Shown: positions 57,411 to 64,000 of the stretch, piece by piece
Layout: every line of letters starts with the position of its first letter
How positions within the stretch are numbered: position 1 is the first letter of the stretch
NCBI GenBank assembly: GCA_035193785.1
Contig: CP136572.1
Coordinates: forward strand, 1,440,001-1,504,000
Length of the DNA: 64,000 bases
DNA from: Planktothrix sp. GU0601_MAG3
Lineage (GTDB): Bacteria > Cyanobacteriota > Cyanobacteriia > Cyanobacteriales > Microcoleaceae
Direction of reading: 5' to 3'
Position numbers and translations under genes: made by a program
The notes under the pieces: model-generated
What the model saw: only the letters and a program-made list of their open reading frames with translations
Told to the model about the DNA's origin: nothing
The model's database searches: none

Positions 57411-58920
57411 GACTGATTTAACGACCTGTTGGATTACATCATCAATGGTTAAATTGTCCGTTTGAATTTCAATTGCATCGCTGGCTTTTCTCAAGGGTGA
57501 AATAGCTCGATTACTGTCAAACCGATCCCGCTCGGCAATATCCTGTTCTAATTGTTCCTGAGTAATTTCCGTTTTCCCTTGGCCATGGAGTTCTAATAAT
57601 CTCCGTTTTGCCCGTTCTTGTACAGATGCAGTTAGGAAAATTTTTAATTCGGCATCGGGGAATACCGTTGTGCCAATGTCCCGACCTTCGGCCACAATTC
57701 CACCTTGATTCCCAAACGCCCGTTGCTGTTTAACTAAAGCCTGACGCACGGCCCATTGAGCCGCGATCGCCGATACCTGGGCCGTCACTTCCAAGGAGCG
57801 AATGGCTTCAGTCACATCCTGACCATTAATCAGGGTTTCTGGGTTGTTCTCCGTCGGGGATCAATTCAATCCGACATTGACTGACAATTTCAGCTATAGC
57901 AACTTCATCCTCAACCGGAATTCCAGACTGTAACACCAACCAGGTCACGGCCCGATACATCGCCCCAGTATCTAAATATAACAATCCCAACGCCTGGGCA
58001 ATTTTGCGGGTAACGGTAGATTTTCCGGCTCCGGCGGGGCCATCAATGGCGATAATCGGTTGACGACGGCGCAGAATCACATTATCAATTAAACGAGTCT
58101 GACCCACACGAGCAGCGATCGCTAATAACCCCTTAGTTTCAACAATAGTTAAGGGGATTAACGTCTGGGGTTCCACGATCTCAATATATTCTACCTGTAC
58201 CTCCGGTTCCGTCTCCAATTCAGTTTGGACAAAGGTTTTAATCTCCGTCGCGGAATTACAACCTTTGTGAAAATGTTCTTGTCCGCGACGTAGAGCCCGA
58301 TATAAAACCGTTGCTTGTTGTTGTTCTAAAGTCGTTAAATATTGATTCCGAGAACTATAGGCCAATCCCGACGGCTCCCGCAGAATCGGACAGGAAATAA
58401 TCTCCACGGGCAAGTTCAAATCCTGAACCAGACCTTGAATAATTGCCACCTGTTGGGCATCTTTTTGTCCAAAATAGGCCCGATCCGGTTGAACTAAATT
58501 CAATAGTTTTGTCACAACGGTCGCCACCCCTGGAAAATGTCCGGGGCGAGATTTCCCGCATAATCCTGACATGATTGATGTAGGGGGAATCACCATCGTC
58601 TGTACCGAAGATTGATACATCTCCTCCACTGACGGGGCAAATACCACATCAACTCCAGCCTGTTCACACTGCTGCAAATCCGCTTCTAACCGCCGAGGAT
58701 AGGTTTGGAAATCCTCATTTGGCCCAAATTGCAGAGGATTCACAAAAATACTCACCACCACCAAACCATTCTCGGCTCTAGCCCGTTGAATTAAGCTCAA
58801 ATGCCCCAAATGTAGGCCCCCCATTGTGGGAACTAGACCCACAAAATGTAGGGGGTTTTGAGTTCGATAGGAACGAAGATAACACCGCAGGGCAGCAACG
58901 CTAGTCAACAAACGAATCAT
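57402..58920 (-). CDS. panC/cmk: Bifunctional pantoate--beta-alanine ligase / cytidylate kinase; apparent frameshift at 57835-57839
   Basis: [25 protein letters not shown], then [27 protein letters not shown]. Confidence 0.95.
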
Positions 58921-58922
58921 AA

Positions 58923-59130
58923 ATCAGTTATCAGTTAACAGTTATCAGTTATCAGTGTAAGAGTTATCAGTGTAAGAGTTGATTGTTAATATTTGTGGGC
59001 TAAAAATTGTTAACTGATGACCGATGACTGTTAACTAAAAACTGTTAACTGATGACTAAAAACTGTTAACTGTTAACTGATGACTGTTAACTGATGACTG
59101 TTAACTGATGACTGTTAACTGATGACTGAT
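58923..59130. repeat. Inverted heptamer arrays (TCAGTTA / CTGATGACTGTTAA) around the shared core
   Basis: Directly visible. Confidence 0.85.
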
Positions 59131-60146
59131 TACTGATCAGCAGTTAATACATCAATTTGCACCGGGGCCACTCCACTGCCAATCATCCCAATTGCTTGAG
59201 CCGCACCCTTCGATAAATCGAGTACACGACCTCCGGCATAGGGGCCACGATCATTAATCCGCACCACAACGGATTGGCCGTTATCTTTATTAGTGACTCG
59301 CACCGTTGTCCCAAAGGGCAAGGAGGGATGGGCGGCGGTTAAATCGTATTGGTTAAAGGTTTCTCCATTGGCCGTTAAGTTTCCATCAAAGCCAGGGCCA
59401 TACCAAGATGCCCAACCCTCAATCCGTTGGAACAAAAATCCCCTTGCCACGTCTGGAATTGAAAGTTTGGGTTGGCCTTCAATGGCATTTAAGGGGGGAG
59501 CATTCCCAATTTGGCGTCTAAGTCTATTCGTGGCTTGTAGGGCATCCGTTGCTTTGTCATTGGTGGTATCAGGCAGAATCGTTTGCGAGTCGATGCTGAC
59601 CAGTTCCTGACCGGCTGCTTCAATCAGGTAACGCTGATGTTGTTGATCCCATCGCACTTGAATTGTGCTGGCATCAAAGTTATTGCGAATCAGTTGGTTA
59701 ATTTCGGCGGCAACCGCAGTGGCCCGAGAAACGGGATCGGTGGCAGAAGATGTTGGGTCGGGTAGGTAGGCTTGATTTGAATACGACCCCACTTTAATGC
59801 GTTGAAGGGTTGGGGGTGTGATGGTTTTGGGATCGAAACTCGTGTTTTTGATAAACGTCAGGACGGGAATATTTCTAATATAGAGGGTGGCAGCTTGTTG
59901 TTGATTCAGTTCGTGGGCCTTGATTTTGGCTACGCTTTCGGGTAAGAAGGCTGCATTAGCTTGTTGGGATTGATATTCTCCCACTTTAATTACATCAGTG
60001 GTTCCAGAACCCGTGGGACTTTTTCCTTGACTAAGTTCAGGATTCAGGTTAGACGCTGATATTGATTCAGCATGGCCCGAGGAGGTTAGGCTCAAAACAG
60101 GCATCAGAATAACTGCCGTCAGACCGCCCCAAAGTTTATGTTTCAT
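59130..60146 (-). CDS. rlpA: Septal ring lytic transglycosylase RlpA family protein
   Basis: Signal peptide, [32 protein letters not shown]. Confidence 0.9.
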   Translation of the reverse strand: MKHKLWGGLTAVILMPVLSLTSSGHAESISASNLNPELSQGKSPTGSGTTDVIKVGEYQSQQANAAFLPESVAKIKAHELNQQQAATLYIRNIPVLTFIKNTSFDPKTITPPTLQRIKVGSYSNQAYLPDPTSSATDPVSRATAVAAEINQLIRNNFDASTIQVRWDQQHQRYLIEAAGQELVSIDSQTILPDTTNDKATDALQATNRLRRQIGNAPPLNAIEGQPKLSIPDVARGFLFQRIEGWASWYGPGFDGNLTANGETFNQYDLTAAHPSLPFGTTVRVTNKDNGQSVVVRINDRGPYAGGRVLDLSKGAAQAIGMIGSGVAPVQIDVLTADQ

Positions 60147-60614
60147 AAAATATACTCTCAAAACTGCTGGTTATCGAGTTGAAGCTTTACCCTGGTTGAT
60201 ATCTCCTGAATTCGGAGCCCTGAAATCAGCTAATAAAAAAATGCTGAAAGTTTCAATCGGTGGGTTTTAAACCCCAATATCAGGTAATTCAATTCGTCAA
60301 CTCACACTTGTGCCCCATTCACCTTTTTTTGAGGAACTGCAACAGACTAACATGAACTTGGAATTTTGGGGATCACGACAGATCAAGGGTTTGCGGGTTT
60401 TCTCAAGAGACTAAACTGTTCAGTTTTAATGTATAACCCTGATCGATTAAAGGATGTAGAGATTCTGGGGCTATGAAAATTTTCTCCCTCAAGTTTTGAT
60501 TAAACTTTCTTATCAGTTGAATCAATAGCCTGCCGATGGGCACCACGAGAACAAAAAATAACCGTACCGAAAATTGCTTAAATATCCTTTAGATAGCTAT
60601 AAGGAAAGCAAAAG

Positions 60615-61647
60615 ATGGATTATCGGGAAGCTGGTGTTGATATTCAAGCGGGTCGGGATTTTGTCGATCAGATTCGCAACCTCGTCCAGAAAACCTATCG
60701 ACCGGAAGTTCTCGGGGGACTCGGGGGGTTTGGGGGCTGTTTTGCCCTGCCTTCGGGCTATACCGAACCCGTCTTAGTGTCGGGAACCGATGGGGTGGGA
60801 ACCAAGTTGAAATTGGCTTCGCTCCTCAACCGCCACGATACCGTGGGGATTGATTTAGTTGCCATGTGTGTGAATGATGTTCTCACCTGTGGGGCGGAAA
60901 CCCTTATTTTTTCTCGACTATTTAGCCACGGGAAAACTTGATCCCGACCAACTGACTCAAGTGGTGGCAGGGGTAGCCCAAGGGTGTCAACAGGCCGGAT
61001 GTAGCCTTCTGGGGGGAGAAACAGCCGAAATGCCCGGATTTTATCAACCCGGGGAATATGACATGGCGGGTTTTTGTGTGGGCATTGTGGAAAAAAGCCG
61101 AATGTTAAATGGATCTCAAGTCCAAATTGGGGATATTGCTATTGGACTAGCCAGTAGCGGGGTGCATAGTAATGGGTTTAGTTTAGTTCGCAAAGTGGTG
61201 AGCGATCGCGGATGGGACTGGAATCAATCCCCGCAAGCCCTGGGGGGTCAATCCATTGCCGAGGTCTGTTTAACCCCAACTCAAATCTACGTTAAACCCG
61301 TGTTACAGGCCCTGGGCAATGGCCTAGAGATTCATGGCATGGCCCATATTACCGGAGGCGGTTTACCGGAAAACTTACCGCGCTGTCTGAGTCCGGGACA
61401 ATCAATTCAGATTCATCCCCAGAGTTGGCCGGTGCCACCAATTTTTCACTGGTTAGCTCAAGAGGGTGAAATTAGCTCTGCGGCGATGTTTGATACTTTT
61501 AATATGGGGATCGGTTTTGTGGTTTTGGTTGCGCCCCAACAGGCTCAAAGTACAAAAGAATGGTTTGAAACCCAAGGAATTGCCGCCTATGAGATTGGGG
61601 AAGTGGTGTCAGGAACGGGGGGTTTAATCGGATTACCCGCCCATTAA
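60615..61647 (+). CDS. purM: Phosphoribosylformylglycinamidine cyclo-ligase; apparent frameshift at 60897-60901
   Basis: YREAGVD, TDGVGTK, corrected [31 protein letters not shown]. Confidence 0.97.
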
Positions 61648-61708
61648 TTGATACAATAAAATCCTATTGTTCAATTGTTAAATTCCATCCCCTAATTAAT
61701 TACCCATA

Positions 61709-62542
61709 ATGTCAGTTGCATGGCAAATTGCCAAAACCTACGAAGATATTTTGTATCACAAAGCCGACGGGATCGCTAAAATTACGATTAACCGCCCTGA
61801 AAAACGCAATGCTTTTCGCCCTAAAACGGTTTTTGAACTCTACGATGCCTTTTGTGATGCCCGAGAAGACCTTAATATTGGTGTGGTATTGTTGACAGGA
61901 GCCGGGCCACATACCGATGGCAAATATGCCTTTTGTTCCGGCGGGGATCAAAGCGTGCGCGGGGATGCCGGATATATTGATGATGCGGGTATCCCTCGAT
62001 TAAACGTTTTAGATTTACAACGGTTAATCCGAAGTATGCCGAAAGTAGTGATTGCTTTGGTGGCAGGATATGCGATCGGGGGCGGTCATGTACTGCATTT
62101 AATTTGTGATTTAACCCTGGCTGCGGATAATGCAATTTTTGGTCAAACCGGGCCGAAGGTCGGCAGTTTTGATGGGGGATTTGGCGCCAGTTATTTAGCT
62201 CGAATTGTCGGTCAAAAGAAAGCCCGAGAGATTTGGTATTTGTGTCGTCAATATAATGCCCAACAAGCCCTAGATATGGGGTTAATTAATCATGTTGTTC
62301 CCGTCGAACAATTGGAATTAGAAGGAATTGAATGGGCTAAGGAAATTTTAGAGAAAAGCCCGATTGCGATTCGCTGTTTAAAAGCGGCTTTTAATGCCGA
62401 TTGTGATGGTCAAGCCGGTCTACAGGAACTCGCCGGGAATGCCACCTTACTCTATTACATGACTGAGGAAGGGACGGAGGGGAAACAGGCATTCTTGGAG
62501 AAACGGCCCCCTAATTTCCGTCAATATCCCTGGCTTCCTTAG
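61709..62542 (+). CDS. menB: 1,4-dihydroxy-2-naphthoyl-CoA synthase
   Basis: [36 protein letters not shown]. Confidence 0.97.
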   Translation: MSVAWQIAKTYEDILYHKADGIAKITINRPEKRNAFRPKTVFELYDAFCDAREDLNIGVVLLTGAGPHTDGKYAFCSGGDQSVRGDAGYIDDAGIPRLNVLDLQRLIRSMPKVVIALVAGYAIGGGHVLHLICDLTLAADNAIFGQTGPKVGSFDGGFGASYLARIVGQKKAREIWYLCRQYNAQQALDMGLINHVVPVEQLELEGIEWAKEILEKSPIAIRCLKAAFNADCDGQAGLQELAGNATLLYYMTEEGTEGKQAFLEKRPPNFRQYPWLP

Positions 62543-62566
62543 TCAAGGGAATCATTTTTGCGGGGA

Positions 62567-62866
62567 CTAGGAACTCCTAGCCCCCAATTTTTCAATTAAG
62601 CGAATAAAGATTCGGCTTCCTGTAGCTCTTGAAACCCGATGGGATTGTAATGGGATCACATCCCCCTTGCGAGGCGTTTCTTGGGGTAAGTTGATCAGGT
62701 TTTCTAAGGTCTCCCAAGATGGAGCAAAGGCGGGAAGGGCCAATTGACAAGACTTCCAACTGCCTTTGACTGAAACTTGAAGAAGCTGACAATGCCCCCC
62801 ACGATGGCCCTCGGGGGTGTATTTTTGGCAGTTACGGCAGACAGATATCAAGTTTCCAGACTCCAT
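62567..62866 (-). CDS. Hypothetical protein with CxxC/Cys motifs
   Basis: CRNCQKYTPEGHRGGHCQLL..WKSCQLALPAFAPSWE. The C-terminus may be shifted at GAAAC 62631 (alternative stop at 62596). Confidence 0.75.
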   Translation of the reverse strand: MESGNLISVCRNCQKYTPEGHRGGHCQLLQVSVKGSWKSCQLALPAFAPSWETLENLINLPQETPRKGDVIPLQSHRVSRATGSRIFIRLIEKLGARSS

Positions 62867-63139
62867 ACTTTAAATTCCCCAAGAAAATTACCTACTTATA
62901 ATTATCGGGGATCATCAAATTCAGCTTTTTTATCGTCAAACTTAGATTATGTATGGTTTAGAGTTGAATTTTTATGGTCGGAAAACTTAACACTTATTTT
63001 ATGTTTTGTTGGAAATCAGATTCAAAATATTAAGAACTGTAAACTTGATAGACTTTACCCGAAACAAAGTAAAATCTATAGGGATCAAGGCTTAATTTAG
63101 ATTAAGGGATTGATAAACTCAGTATAAATTCATTTTAAA

Positions 63140-63201
63140 GGGAATAGGGAATAGGGAATAGGGAATAGGGAATAGGGAATAGGGAATAGGGAATAGGGAA
63201 T
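63140..63201. repeat. Heptamer array (GGGAATA)n
   Basis: About 9 tandem copies visible. Confidence 0.95.
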
Positions 63202-63457
63202 ACTTCGACTTCGCTCAGTAACAGGGGAATGGGGAATAGTAAGTTATGGGCAGGTTACAAGGTTTAGTATTGTCAAACGCCTTAATTAGCAGCACGATAT
63301 ACCACATCAAAATCAATGTGCAACAGTACCAGATAGGTAAGTTCAAGGGCAAGAAAGCCATATCAGCAAAACTCTGCAAGCATCAATATGGTAAATACCA
63401 CACCGATTCCCAACTTTAGTTGTGGAGTTATGGGGAGTTATGGGGAGTATGTCAATA

Positions 63458-63529
63458 AGCGGACGATGGGACTCGAACCCACGACGTTCAGCATGGGAAG
63501 CTGACATTCTACCACTGAATTACGTCCGC
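63458..63529 (-). tRNA. tRNA-Gly(CCC)
   Basis: GCGGACG acceptor stem, D-arm, anticodon stem TCAGC-TTCCCAT-GCTGA, GGTTCGAGTCC T-arm; no encoded CCA. Confidence 0.95.
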
Positions 63530-63778
63530 GACTGGGTTTTGATTTCAAATCATATTCCATTATAACCTAATTTTCCCAATTTTCCATCCCGTTCTGTAAA
63601 ACTTATATGAAATCATTAAATTAGTGCTACGGATGGTAAGGTAACAGGGAACACCGGATCTGGGAACAGGGATAATTATTGTTTTTTAGCTATTATTTTA
63701 TAACTAGCCATTGATTTTTCTCAATAAACAAGACTACCACTACCCTCCTGGCGATCGCAAGACCTAACAGAAAAGTTT

Positions 63779-64000
63779 AGTAGGGGTCGAGGGGGGCTTT
63801 GCAACCCCCGACTCCCATACAAAACCGTGCTTGCGACTTTCACCGCACACGGCTCCTAGTCAGTTGTGCTGTTATCATCAGAACATCCGGTTTCTTTTGA
63901 GTCATAAGACCCGTCTGTTGCCGTTTTAGTATCGTGACAATGGCGGTGTAGTAATTGCAGGTTTTTATAATCATTCTTTCCACCTTTCGATGTAGGGATG
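63779..64000 (-). mobile_element. 3' end of a second copy of the same group II intron (HNH tail, domains V-VI), continuing beyond the window
   Basis: Identical by eye to 19570-19791. Confidence 0.95.

Noticed and set aside
2755..60901. Mass pseudogenisation or programmed ribosomal frameshifting as the cause of the split genes
   Set aside because: Core genes (glnA, purM, trpC, ppsA, panC/cmk) are hit, each by the same +1 at GAAC/GTTC in either orientation relative to the mRNA and with no other decay. This fits a DNA-level read error, not translational recoding.
62777..63100. 107-aa plus-strand ORF
   Set aside because: It overlaps the likely real minus-strand gene and its AT-rich upstream region, and shows no motif.
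63458..63529. tRNA-Gly as an integration site (att) for an island
   Set aside because: No duplicated tRNA 3' end or integrase is seen in the window.

Overview
Chromosomal window from a filamentous cyanobacterium, probably Oscillatoriales/Planktothrix-like (inferred from frequent HIP1 GCGATCGC octamers, heptamer short tandem repeats, GTAG-ended REP-like palindromes, apcF, nblR and an NtcA site at glnA). Most of it is housekeeping: TamB-like gene, Ser/Thr kinase, gpgS, ycf39-nadK-nblR, trpC, glnA, apcF, tlyA, speE, ppsA, pbpC, ClC, panC/cmk, rlpA, purM, menB and tRNA-Gly(CCC). Accessory elements are (i) an AT-rich island at 11.2-14.6 kb with a secreted Cys-rich micro-peptide gene divergent from an HTH-NB-ARC (STAND) gene and a separately encoded TPR gene, followed by a second Cys-rich ORF; (ii) a complete group IIB intron inside an alpha/beta-hydrolase gene, with an identical second copy starting at the window end; (iii) a decayed type II toxin-antitoxin pair; (iv) a dual-OB-like + DUF488 pair. 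The strongest cross-window signal is that all 26 frameshifts I could locate, including those in glnA, purM, trpC and ppsA, are repaired by deleting one base from a GAAAC/GTTTC. That is a motif-specific +1 error at GAAC/GTTC, the known target of Dnd-type DNA phosphorothioation. The split genes are therefore treated as intact genes with read errors, and the error pattern as a possible footprint of a DNA modification. All family assignments come from recalled motifs; no searches were run.
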